Shown here one piece after another: positions 6,270-13,943 of a stretch of DNA of 32,000 nucleotides (the stretch's first letter is position 1; each line of letters begins with the position of its first letter). The DNA is taken from contig JBLWFJ010000001.1 in the NCBI GenBank assembly GCA_048320885.1, positions 936,110 to 968,109 on the forward strand, given 5' to 3'. Source of the DNA: Nannocystaceae bacterium ST9 (GTDB taxonomy: Bacteria > Myxococcota_A > Polyangia > Nannocystales > Nannocystaceae). Position numbers and translations under genes: made by a program. A model generated the notes under the pieces. It was not told the origin of the DNA. It saw nothing but the letters and a program-made list of their open reading frames with translations, and did not search any database.

Positions 6270-8936
6270 TCAGTGCGCTTCGGCCCAGGTGTTGCCGACC
6301 CCGACGTCGACGACCAGCGGCACCCGCAGCGGGTGGGCGTGCTCCATCCGCTCGCGGACGATCGCACAGACCCGCTCGACCTCGGCCTCGGGCGCTTCGA
6401 AGAGCAGCTCGTCGTGGATCTGCAGGACCATCCGCGTGCTCAGCTCGGCCGCGCGCAGGTCGGTCGCGATCGTCAGCATCGCGAGCTTGCAGATGTCGGC
6501 GGCCGAGCCTTGGATCGGCGTGTTGGCGGCGATCCGCTCGCCACCCTGGCGATCTTGCAGGTTGTTGCTCGACAGCTCCGGCACGTAGCGACGCCGGCCG
6601 AGCAGGGTCTCGACGTAGCCGTCGCGGTGAGCCTGGGCGATCGTCGCGTCGAGCCAGGCCCGCACGCCCTGGTAGTACTCGAAGTACTCGTCGATGTAGG
6701 TCTGGGCCTGCTTGCGCGCGACCCCGAGGATCTGGCTCAGCGCGGTCGCGCCTTGCCCATAGATGGTCGCGAAGTTGACCAGCTTGCCGATCCCTCGCTG
6801 CTCGCGATCGACCTCGTCGACCCCGACGGCGAACAGCTGCGCGGCCGTGCGGGCGTGGACGTCGAGCCCGAGCGTGAACGCCTCGACCAGCCGCGCGTCG
6901 CCGGTCACGTGCGCGAGCAGGCGCAGCTCGATCTGACTCCAGTCGGCCGAGATGATCTTCATGCCCGGCTTGGCCGGGAACGCCTGGCGGATCCGCCGGC
7001 CCTCGGGCGTCTTGACCGGCGTGCGCTGGAGATCGGGCTCGGTCGTGATCAAGCGACCGCTGACCCCGACGGTCTGCTGAAAGGTCGCGTGGACCCGCCC
7101 GGTCTCCGGGTTGATCGCGTGTTGCAGGACCTCGGTGTAGGTGTTGATCAGCTTGGCCAGCTTGCGGTGCTCGAGCAGGTTCGAAGCGATCGCGTGCTTG
7201 GGCGCCAGCCGCTCGAGCACCTCGGCGTTGGTCGAGTAGCCGGTCTTGGTCTTCTTGATCACCGGCAGCTTGAGCTCGTCGAAGAGCACGGTCCCGAGCT
7301 GCTTGGTCGACGCGATGTTGAACTCGTGGCCGGCCTGCTCGTAGATCGTGGTCTCGAGCTGGTTGAGCCGGGTCGAGAACTCCTCGCCCATCGCCGCGAG
7401 GTCGGCCCGATCGACGCCGACCCCGTCGAGCTCCATCTGCCCGAGCACCCACGAGAGCGGCAGCTCGACGGTCTCGAGGTAGTGGCGGTGGCCCTCGAGC
7501 TCGAGCCGCTCGCGGACCGGACCGAACGCCGCCGCGATCGCCTCGACCTGCTGGCCCGACCAGTCGAGCAGCTCGCTCGCCGGCAGCTCGGTGAACAGCT
7601 TGGCCTGCTTGCCCGCGCCGAGCACCCGCTTGGCCGGCGGCAGCGTGCGCTGCAGGAACTCCTTGCTGATCTGCGCGAGCTCGTGGGGGATCAGCTTGTT
7701 GGGATCGATCAAGAACGACTCGAGCATCGTGTCGCCGACCACCCCGGCCAGCGCCACGCCCTTGCGCCGCAGCGACACCCACAGCGCCTTGCAGTCGTGG
7801 CCGATCTTGGCGCGGGTCGGATCCTCGAGCCAGGGCTTGCACTTGGCCAGCGCCGCGTCGCCGAGCCCGTCGCTGCACGCGAGCGGGATCAGCCGCGCAT
7901 GCCCGGGCCCGAGCGAGAGCGCGAGCGCGGCCAGGCCCCCGCGCACCGGCGAGGGTGGATCGTGGATCGGAAACACCGCGACCGCGCCCTCGTCGGGCCC
8001 CGGCAGCTCCGCGAGCAGCTCGGCGAGCGCCGCCAGGCTCTCGACCACCGCGAAGTCCATCTCGGCCCCGGCCTGTTGATCGGCCTTGGCGTCCTCTTCG
8101 GAGAGCAGCGAGTAGAACTCGAGCCGCTTGTAGAGCAGGTTGAGCGCCGCGGGCTCGACCGGCGTCAGCTTGAGCGCGTCGAGCTCGAGCTCGAGCGGCA
8201 CGGCGCAGTCGATCCGCGCGAGGTCTTGCGAGAGCAGGGCCTGCTCGCGGTAGTCCTCGAGCCGCTCCTTGGTCTTGCCCTTGAGCTCGGCGGTGTGGGC
8301 GAGCACGCCGGCGAGGTCGCCGTAGTCGTCGAGCAGCTTCTGCGCGGTCTTCTGGCCGATGCCCGGCACGCCCGGGATGTTGTCGACCTTGTCGCCCATC
8401 AGCGCGAGCAGATCGACGAACTTCTCGGGCAGCACGCCCCACTTCTTGCGGACCAGCTCGGGGTCGTAGGTGACGTCGCGCAGCGTGTCGACCATGCGCA
8501 CGCGCTCGCCGATCAGCTGGGCGAAGTCCTTGTCGCCCGACACGATGAACACCTCCATGTTGGCCGCCAGCGCCCGCTTGGTCAGCGTGCCGATCACGTC
8601 GTCGGCCTCGAACCCCGGCACGCGCACGCGCGGGAACTGATGGGCGTCGACCAGCTTGTCGATCCACTCGAGCTGCTCGCGCAGCTCGAAGTCCATCGGC
8701 GGGCGCTGGGCCTTGTAGTCGGGGTACTTCTCCTCGCGATGGCTGCGGCCGGGCGCGTCGAACACGACCGCCCCGCGCTCGGGCTGCTTGCCCGCGAGGA
8801 TCTTGCGGAACATCGTGGCGAACCCGTAGATCGCGTTGGTGTGCAGGCCGTCCGCGGTCGTGAAGTTGGCCGGGATCGCAAAATAGGCCCGATAGATCAG
8901 CGAGCTGGCGTCGACGAGGATCAGGCGTTCCGGCAC
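6270..8936 (-). CDS. polA: DNA polymerase I
   Basis: The 5'-nuclease N-terminus reads (M)PERLILVDASSLIYRAYFAIP...GFEADDVIG...SGDKDFAQL...DNIPGVPGIGQKTA. Polymerase motifs are A (ISADWSQIELRLLAH), B (RGIGKLVNFATIYG) and C (LQIHDELLFE). The track start 9002 would lie only 23 bp from the divergent gene at 9026. GTG 8936 gives a canonical Pol I N-terminus and is used here; 9002 remains possible. Confidence 0.95.
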   Translation of the reverse strand: MPERLILVDASSLIYRAYFAIPANFTTADGLHTNAIYGFATMFRKILAGKQPERGAVVFDAPGRSHREEKYPDYKAQRPPMDFELREQLEWIDKLVDAHQFPRVRVPGFEADDVIGTLTKRALAANMEVFIVSGDKDFAQLIGERVRMVDTLRDVTYDPELVRKKWGVLPEKFVDLLALMGDKVDNIPGVPGIGQKTAQKLLDDYGDLAGVLAHTAELKGKTKERLEDYREQALLSQDLARIDCAVPLELELDALKLTPVEPAALNLLYKRLEFYSLLSEEDAKADQQAGAEMDFAVVESLAALAELLAELPGPDEGAVAVFPIHDPPSPVRGGLAALALSLGPGHARLIPLACSDGLGDAALAKCKPWLEDPTRAKIGHDCKALWVSLRRKGVALAGVVGDTMLESFLIDPNKLIPHELAQISKEFLQRTLPPAKRVLGAGKQAKLFTELPASELLDWSGQQVEAIAAAFGPVRERLELEGHRHYLETVELPLSWVLGQMELDGVGVDRADLAAMGEEFSTRLNQLETTIYEQAGHEFNIASTKQLGTVLFDELKLPVIKKTKTGYSTNAEVLERLAPKHAIASNLLEHRKLAKLINTYTEVLQHAINPETGRVHATFQQTVGVSGRLITTEPDLQRTPVKTPEGRRIRQAFPAKPGMKIISADWSQIELRLLAHVTGDARLVEAFTLGLDVHARTAAQLFAVGVDEVDREQRGIGKLVNFATIYGQGATALSQILGVARKQAQTYIDEYFEYYQGVRAWLDATIAQAHRDGYVETLLGRRRYVPELSSNNLQDRQGGERIAANTPIQGSAADICKLAMLTIATDLRAAELSTRMVLQIHDELLFEAPEAEVERVCAIVRERMEHAHPLRVPLVVDVGVGNTWAEAH

Positions 8937-9025
8937 GGCGCAGGGTAACGCCGACCCACAGGTGCTCGCAACGCGCTCGCGCCCGCCGGCCCGCGCTGGC
9001 ATCCTGATTCGGCGAGGACACCCCG

Positions 9026-9475
9026 ATGTCGATGTGGCTTCACCTCACCCAGCTCGATCCCCCGCTCTACCAGCACGCGATCACCCACCCCGAACACTTC
9101 GCCACGCTGGTCTACGGCGACGACGAGGGCGGCGAGCTCGGCCCGCTCGACGCCGTCGACGAAGACGAGGACGTGTTCGGCACCGACTATCGAACCATCC
9201 ACATGCTCCTCGAAGAGCAGTACGGCGAGGACTTCGAGGACGACCCCGAGGCCCAGGCCGATCCCTTCTATCGGATCGCGCACGGCGACGGCGAGATCGC
9301 GGCGATCGAGTTCAACTACGGGCCCGGGTTCGGGTTCTCGCCTGCAACGGTCGCTAGCCTGGCCAAGGATCTCGCCGAGTTCGCCGACACCGACGCGGGC
9401 GATCTGAGCGAGCTGGCCAGGTTCTTCGCGAGGGCGGCGAAGCGAGGGCGGCACGTGATCGGCGGCGTCGATTGA
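9026..9475 (+). CDS. DUF1877 (YfbM-like) family protein
   Basis: GAGGA lies about 10 nt upstream of the ATG. The acidic 149-aa protein has a layout and C-terminus (FFARAAKRGRHVIGGVD) that resemble E. coli YfbM as I recall it. Confidence 0.5.
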   Translation: MSMWLHLTQLDPPLYQHAITHPEHFATLVYGDDEGGELGPLDAVDEDEDVFGTDYRTIHMLLEEQYGEDFEDDPEAQADPFYRIAHGDGEIAAIEFNYGPGFGFSPATVASLAKDLAEFADTDAGDLSELARFFARAAKRGRHVIGGVD

Positions 9476-9546
9476 TCACGGAGCGACGTGAGGCGACCCG
9501 TCACGCGTCTTGCGCACGCCGTTCCTGGGCGGTACCATCGAGTGGC

Positions 9547-10464
9547 ATGTCAACTCGTCCTCTATCCGTCACGGCGTGCATCGCAGGCCTGGCTTGTACG
9601 ACGAGTTGCGGATGGAACCCGTGGGGAGCCTCGAGCGACGAAGTGGGCAATGAGCCCGAGACGTCCGGTCGACGCTACTTCATCGCCGAGATTACCGATT
9701 ACTCGAGCCCGCTGGCCAATTGCCCCCAGGCGTCCCTCAACGATGTCACGACGCTCTTTCAAATGACCCTCGAGTCCGATGGCTGGCAAGGAACTCGAAG
9801 GAGCGAAGGGCAGACGATACCCGCCGATTTCCTCGATCCCGCCATCAACGCGGGCGGTCACGATGACATCTTTGCAGATGCCGTGCCCGTCGCTGTGTTC
9901 GCGGGCCATGGCGATCGCGGTCTGCATCTCTGGCCCGTCAACGGTCCGCCTTTCGATCTCTGCCACAACGCGACTGCGGGGTACTATCTCGGCACGGGCT
10001 CCGGAGACGAGAGCACGGTCTTCATCAACGCGGCGAGCTGTGGTGGTGCGTTCGGCGACGACCTCGCCAAGCCTGAGAGCTGCTTCAACCAGACCTGGGG
10101 AAACTCGGAATTTCGGCAATGGCTCGGCTTCATCGATTCGCCAACAATCGGCTCCTACAGCCTCTCCGAATTTTTCCTGTCACTCGCCACGAATCCCAGC
10201 ATGGCGAGCGGTCAACTCGAACCTTGGCTGCTGCTCATGGAATTCCCCGTCGAGGGGGTTCACAACCTCCCCATCGTCTACACCAAGCTCTCCGACGATG
10301 AGCCACTCGACCTCGCCGAAGCCTTGCATTTCGAGCTCAACATGAGGTCGGGCCGCTACATGGACGCGGCCAACCCCGAGCCCAAGCAGGATATAGCGAT
10401 GAGTCCAACCATTGGCGAGATCGACACCACGCTCTTTTGCACGGACCCACCATTCTCTTGCTGA
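9547..10464 (+). CDS. Uncharacterised lipoprotein; possible caspase/gingipain-fold His-Cys dyad
   Basis: Track ORF 9472..10464 is trimmed to ATG 9547. MSTRPLSVTACIAGLACTTSC has a signal peptide and lipobox. VAVFAGHGDRG followed about 45 aa later by TVFINAASCGGAF resembles the strand-His-Gly ... strand-x-Cys arrangement of caspase-hemoglobinase-fold peptidases. That peptidase reading is speculative. Confidence 0.6.
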   Translation: MSTRPLSVTACIAGLACTTSCGWNPWGASSDEVGNEPETSGRRYFIAEITDYSSPLANCPQASLNDVTTLFQMTLESDGWQGTRRSEGQTIPADFLDPAINAGGHDDIFADAVPVAVFAGHGDRGLHLWPVNGPPFDLCHNATAGYYLGTGSGDESTVFINAASCGGAFGDDLAKPESCFNQTWGNSEFRQWLGFIDSPTIGSYSLSEFFLSLATNPSMASGQLEPWLLLMEFPVEGVHNLPIVYTKLSDDEPLDLAEALHFELNMRSGRYMDAANPEPKQDIAMSPTIGEIDTTLFCTDPPFSC

Positions 10465-10480
10465 GTCGAAGTCGAGGACC

Positions 10481-11485
10481 ATGATGGCAATGGCGAAGCA
10501 CTCCACCCACGCCGGCATCGTCGTTTGGCTCTCGCTCGCCGGTTGCGAGACCCCGCTCGGCGAACCTGTCGAGTCGTCCGAGCAAGCCGGCTTACCACGC
10601 AGCACCGCCTGGGGTACTTTTCAGATGACTCGCCCCGACCGGGCCCCCCACGAGGTCCTCCGCCGTGCCCACGCAATCGGCAAGATCGTACTGGGCGACT
10701 CCCAGTTGCCCGATCCAGCTGTTCTCGATGGCGCCGACATCCGGGACTGGGCCGATGTCGCCCTCGCCGAGCCGCATCGGCAAGCCGTGGTTCGCTTCGA
10801 ACTGGGGGGAAGGGACATCCTCGCTACCTATCGGCCGACCGGGGACAGGCTCACCATCGCGGCAATGGACACGCGCGTGCGCCCCGAGCATCCCCAAGGC
10901 GAGATGGATCTGGGGATCGGAGAGGCCCGTGCTCTCGTCGTGGCCCAATCATGCATCGACGGTCTCGAAGCCGCCGGCGTGATCGGTCCCGACGAATTCC
11001 TCCAGGTCCCTAGCGAGACGACTTCGACGCCCTTCGCCTTTCGTGACGAGGCTTGGGTGGAGCGCTACAATTTCGTATTCAACCCCGATCTCGACGGGCT
11101 TCCCCTTCGCAGCGCGGAGGTCATCATCAGCGTGAATGCCTGGTCAGCAGTCTGTCAGCGAATTACCGTCGGTGGTCAAGTCCGCCTGAGCCGGATCGGC
11201 GACGCACCGATCGTCTTGCGCGATGCCCAGGCCGCCACGACTACCGCAAAATCCAAGATCCTCGCCACGACCACCCATGCCACCGAAGTGACGCTGACTG
11301 GCGATTTTGGCTACTACCTGCCCTTCGAGCAGGACTCCGCGCCCGTCTCCCCGCAATTCCTCGTGTACTACGCGACTCACGGCCCTGCTGGCCAAGCGAC
11401 CGCGACCAGCCGCAAGCGCTTTGTCGGCCTCTCTCTGGATGGTCACGATGGCCTCACGGATCTCCTCGGCCCGACCTGGCAATGA
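10481..11485 (+). CDS. Uncharacterised lipoprotein (334 aa)
   Basis: Track ORF 10412..11485 is trimmed to ATG 10481. MMAMAKHSTHAGIVVWLSLAGCETP has an LAGC lipobox. It starts 17 bp after the previous gene. I recognise no family. Confidence 0.6.
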   Translation: MMAMAKHSTHAGIVVWLSLAGCETPLGEPVESSEQAGLPRSTAWGTFQMTRPDRAPHEVLRRAHAIGKIVLGDSQLPDPAVLDGADIRDWADVALAEPHRQAVVRFELGGRDILATYRPTGDRLTIAAMDTRVRPEHPQGEMDLGIGEARALVVAQSCIDGLEAAGVIGPDEFLQVPSETTSTPFAFRDEAWVERYNFVFNPDLDGLPLRSAEVIISVNAWSAVCQRITVGGQVRLSRIGDAPIVLRDAQAATTTAKSKILATTTHATEVTLTGDFGYYLPFEQDSAPVSPQFLVYYATHGPAGQATATSRKRFVGLSLDGHDGLTDLLGPTWQ

Positions 11486-11492
11486 CTTCGCC

Positions 11493-12176
11493 ATGCTGCT
11501 CGGCCTGCTCGCGGCCCTCGTGAGCTGCATGAGCGACGACCCCTCGTCCGACCCGATCGAGGACGAGGGCGGCACCTGCCGGTTCACCGAGCGGACCTAC
11601 TCGGCCAGCGACCCATCTCGGCTGCTCGCTCCCGAGCTCAGGGTCGGCGACTTGCTCGAGCGCGTGGCCACGATCGAGATCCCCTTGCGCTGGACCGGCT
11701 GGGCCGACGACTACCTCGATCCCACACCGCTCGTCGGCGCGACCACGACGCTGCACGTGGCGTTTCGGCCCGAGACGATCACGTTCATCGTGCGCGACTC
11801 GGCGTTCGACGATCCGGTCTGTCACGACTGGATCGAAGTCGAGGGCGAGGCCGAGATCGCGACCGACGACGAGGTCCTGATCGGCGGCACGTGGGCCCGC
11901 GTCCACGTGAACCTCGAAGACGGCAGCGCGACCCTCCAGTCGAGCGCGTCGCTCGACGAGCTCGGCTCGACGCTGATCTGGCCGGCCGACGATCCGCGCC
12001 CGGTGCCGGTCGAGGCCTACCTCGAGTTCGTCGCGCTCAGCCCGATCGGCGACTTTCGCGAGCCCACGGGCCGCGAGGGCGACGTCGAGATGACCCACGT
12101 CTGGTACGTGACCTCCGAGGGCGGCTTCCTCTGGCGGGTGCTCGAGTACTTCTCGATCGCCGAGCTCGGCGCGTGA
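11493..12176 (+). CDS. Uncharacterised lipoprotein (227 aa)
   Basis: Track ORF 11307..12176 is trimmed to ATG 11493. MLLGLLAALVSCMSDD has an LVSC lipobox. It starts 8 bp after the previous gene, so the three lipoprotein genes look co-transcribed. Confidence 0.55.
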   Translation: MLLGLLAALVSCMSDDPSSDPIEDEGGTCRFTERTYSASDPSRLLAPELRVGDLLERVATIEIPLRWTGWADDYLDPTPLVGATTTLHVAFRPETITFIVRDSAFDDPVCHDWIEVEGEAEIATDDEVLIGGTWARVHVNLEDGSATLQSSASLDELGSTLIWPADDPRPVPVEAYLEFVALSPIGDFREPTGREGDVEMTHVWYVTSEGGFLWRVLEYFSIAELGA

Positions 12177-12189
12177 GTCCGGCGAGCGA

Positions 12190-12630
12190 TCAGCAGCCCT
12201 GCTTCTTCAGCGCCGCGACGCTCGTCTTCGCCTTCGCAATGTCCTCGCCATACTTGTCGGGCTCGGCGTACTGCACGAAGTGCTCGTAGAACAAGATCGC
12301 CTTGGCGCAGTCGCCCGCGCGCTCGGCCGTGGTGGCGACCTTGAGCGCGAAGCCGTGCTTGCCGGGCACGAGGTGATAGGCCTGCTCGTAGAGCACGAGC
12401 GCGCCCGCCCAGTCCTCGGCCTTCGCCTTGCCCTCGGCCTCGACGTAGATCGCCTTGGCCTGAGCCTGCCGCTCGTCCTCGGACAGCTCGGGGGCCGGCG
12501 GGGCGACCGGGGCGGGGGCCGGCTCCCGACCTTCGTCGGGGATCCAGGTGTCGTCTTCGGGAGCGACGGGCTCCTCCTTCGGCTTGCAGGCCGAAACGCA
12601 GAGAATCCACGAGGCTGCCATCACCAACAT
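12190..12630 (-). CDS. TPR-like lipoprotein
   Basis: Track ORF 12190..12669 is trimmed to ATG 12630. MLVMAASWILCVSACKPK has a lipobox, followed by a Pro-rich linker. WAGALVLYEQAYHLVP...AGDCAKAILFYEHFVQY is TPR-like. Confidence 0.65.
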   Translation of the reverse strand: MLVMAASWILCVSACKPKEEPVAPEDDTWIPDEGREPAPAPVAPPAPELSEDERQAQAKAIYVEAEGKAKAEDWAGALVLYEQAYHLVPGKHGFALKVATTAERAGDCAKAILFYEHFVQYAEPDKYGEDIAKAKTSVAALKKQGC

Positions 12631-12744
12631 CGAGTTGCGTCGCACGATCCCAGTATCGCACGGCGGCACATTTCGGTTTAGGATCTCCGAGATTCGCTCG
12701 CTCTTCGGCCCTCGATCGCGGCGCGCTGCACCGTCGACCGAGGA

Positions 12745-13053
12745 TCAATCGCCAACGTCCGTGACCACGCCATAAATTGCTCCGCGCCCGACCCAGCCGT
12801 TGATCCCACCGCGGTTGTTGCCGATCAAGAACCGGCGATGATCTCCGTGGCCCGAGATCGCCTTGACCAGGTGCACGAACACGTTGCCCTTGCAGCGACA
12901 GAGCACCGCGTCGTCGACCCCCGGCTCGAGCGTCGGGTCGAGCGTGACCAGTTGCCCGCTCTCGATTCGCCCGCGCATCGACCCGCCGTGCGGCCGACAT
13001 TGCGTGACCGCGCCTGCCTTCAGCGCCTGAATGTGTCGTTCGGCCCAGCCCAT
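12745..13053 (-). CDS. Stand-alone S24/LexA-like serine peptidase-fold protein (102 aa, no DNA-binding domain)
   Basis: Track ORF 12745..13260 is trimmed to ATG 13053. CRPHGGSMRGRIESGQLVTLDP fits the G-x-S-M-x-P-x-I-x-x-G-D/Q nucleophile strand. VFVHLVKAI supplies the Lys. The GNNRGGINGW...IYGVV tail resembles the LexA/UmuD C-terminus. The start lies 1 nt after the stop of the upstream ORF. Confidence 0.5.
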   Translation of the reverse strand: MGWAERHIQALKAGAVTQCRPHGGSMRGRIESGQLVTLDPTLEPGVDDAVLCRCKGNVFVHLVKAISGHGDHRRFLIGNNRGGINGWVGRGAIYGVVTDVGD

Positions 13054-13054
13054 G

Positions 13055-13318
13055 TCAGGCCGCCTCCTCGATCGCATACTCGACCTGTCGGCGCTCGGCG
13101 ACCTCACGGCAGCGCTCGGCGTCGGCGAGGTGCTGCTTGCCGCGCAACCAGGCGCGCAAGATGCAGAGCTCGGTCGCCTCGCGCTTGCGCGCATGCAGCT
13201 CGCGCTGCAATTCGGCCATCGGCGTCGTCCAGGTGGTTCGCAGCGCCGCCTTGATCGCACGAATGCGAATCTCGAGCGCGCGCCGATCGGCCCGCAACTT
13301 CATCATTTCAATCTTCAT
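13055..13318 (-). CDS. Small Arg/Glu-rich helical protein (87 aa), unknown function
   Basis: Track ORF 13055..13453 is trimmed to ATG 13318 (MKIEMMKLRADRRALEIRIRAIKAALR...). It is preceded by an unusual CA/A-rich low-GC leader and is tightly coupled to the S24-like gene. Confidence 0.45.
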   Translation of the reverse strand: MKIEMMKLRADRRALEIRIRAIKAALRTTWTTPMAELQRELHARKREATELCILRAWLRGKQHLADAERCREVAERRQVEYAIEEAA

Positions 13319-13359
13319 TTTTGGTTTTCTGTCTTTCTGTGTGTGTTTGTGTTTTTGCG

Positions 13360-13653
13360 TCACCGCAGCAGCTTCAAGCCGCCCGTGACTGGTTTCACGA
13401 TGCTGCGATCCGCGACCGGCACGATGCCGATCGCCATCAAGGCACCATTCCAAGGTGGATCCGGCTCGCGGATCGCACGATGGGGAATGTCGAGTCGCCG
13501 CAGCGCCTGCTCGAGGGATTCGAGGTGAACCTCGTCCCGAGCCGCGAGCGCCACGGCGACGGTGTGCGGCGGCAAGGCGCCCCGCGAGCTCTCGCCGGCA
13601 GCGTGGATCAGCTGCGCAGCCAGAACCCCGCGTGGGAGGTCTTGCCGGATCAC
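13360..13653 (-). CDS. PTH2-fold (peptidyl-tRNA hydrolase II-like) protein
   Basis: (V)IRQDLPRGVLAAQLIHAAGES aligns by eye to human PTRH2 [21 protein letters not shown]. ...MAIGIVPVADRSIVKPVTGGLKLLR aligns to [22 protein letters not shown]. The D-A-G catalytic stretch is not conserved (REPDPPW). The start is uncertain: GTG 13653 (used) avoids the tRNA-like remnant, while the track start is 13797. Confidence 0.5.
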   Translation of the reverse strand: MIRQDLPRGVLAAQLIHAAGESSRGALPPHTVAVALAARDEVHLESLEQALRRLDIPHRAIREPDPPWNGALMAIGIVPVADRSIVKPVTGGLKLLR

Positions 13654-13676
13654 GCAGTAGTGCGTGAGGGGTATTT

Positions 13677-13750
13677 GCGCCCGACGGGAGTCGAACCCGC
13701 TCGATCCAGGGTGCTTACTCCCGGACCCCATCCACATGGCCAGACGCGCT
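13677..13750 (-). pseudogene. Degenerate tRNA-like element: intact T-arm and 3' acceptor strand, decayed 5' half
   Basis: The minus-strand RNA is GCGCGTCTGGCCATGTGGATGGGGTCCGGGAGTAAGCACCCTGGATCGAGCGGGTTCGACTCCCGTCGGGCGCA (74 nt). It has a canonical T-arm (GCGGG-TTCGACT-CCCGT) followed by a 7-nt acceptor strand and discriminator A. Only 4 of 7 acceptor pairs form (plus one G-U wobble). The D-arm is non-canonical, and the anticodon arm is imperfect (loop GTAAGCA with a closing mismatch). Confidence 0.35.
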
Positions 13751-13943
13751 GGGATGTGCTCGATGCCGTGGTCGACGAACCCCCGGACGGCCGCCAAGGC
13801 CCTCGTCAGGATTCGTTCGCTGTGCCCCTCGCTCCGGGTGGGGCCTCCAAGGCTGTCAAGCTCGCATGTCGATTCACAAACTAGGCGAGGGTCATTGTGC
13901 TGTCAAGCATGCCCGACGTTCGAGTGATAGCTTCGTCGCTCAC

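Noticed and set aside
5842-9021. A 1059-aa minus-strand ORF and an 896-aa plus-strand ORF (6258..8948) overlap polA.
   Set aside because: Their translations are Arg/Ala/Gly/Pro-rich junk with no motifs. polA in the third frame has unambiguous Pol I motifs. Long open antisense or out-of-frame ORFs are expected at about 70% GC. Only the last 115 aa of the 1059-aa ORF (the ArsR regulator) is real.
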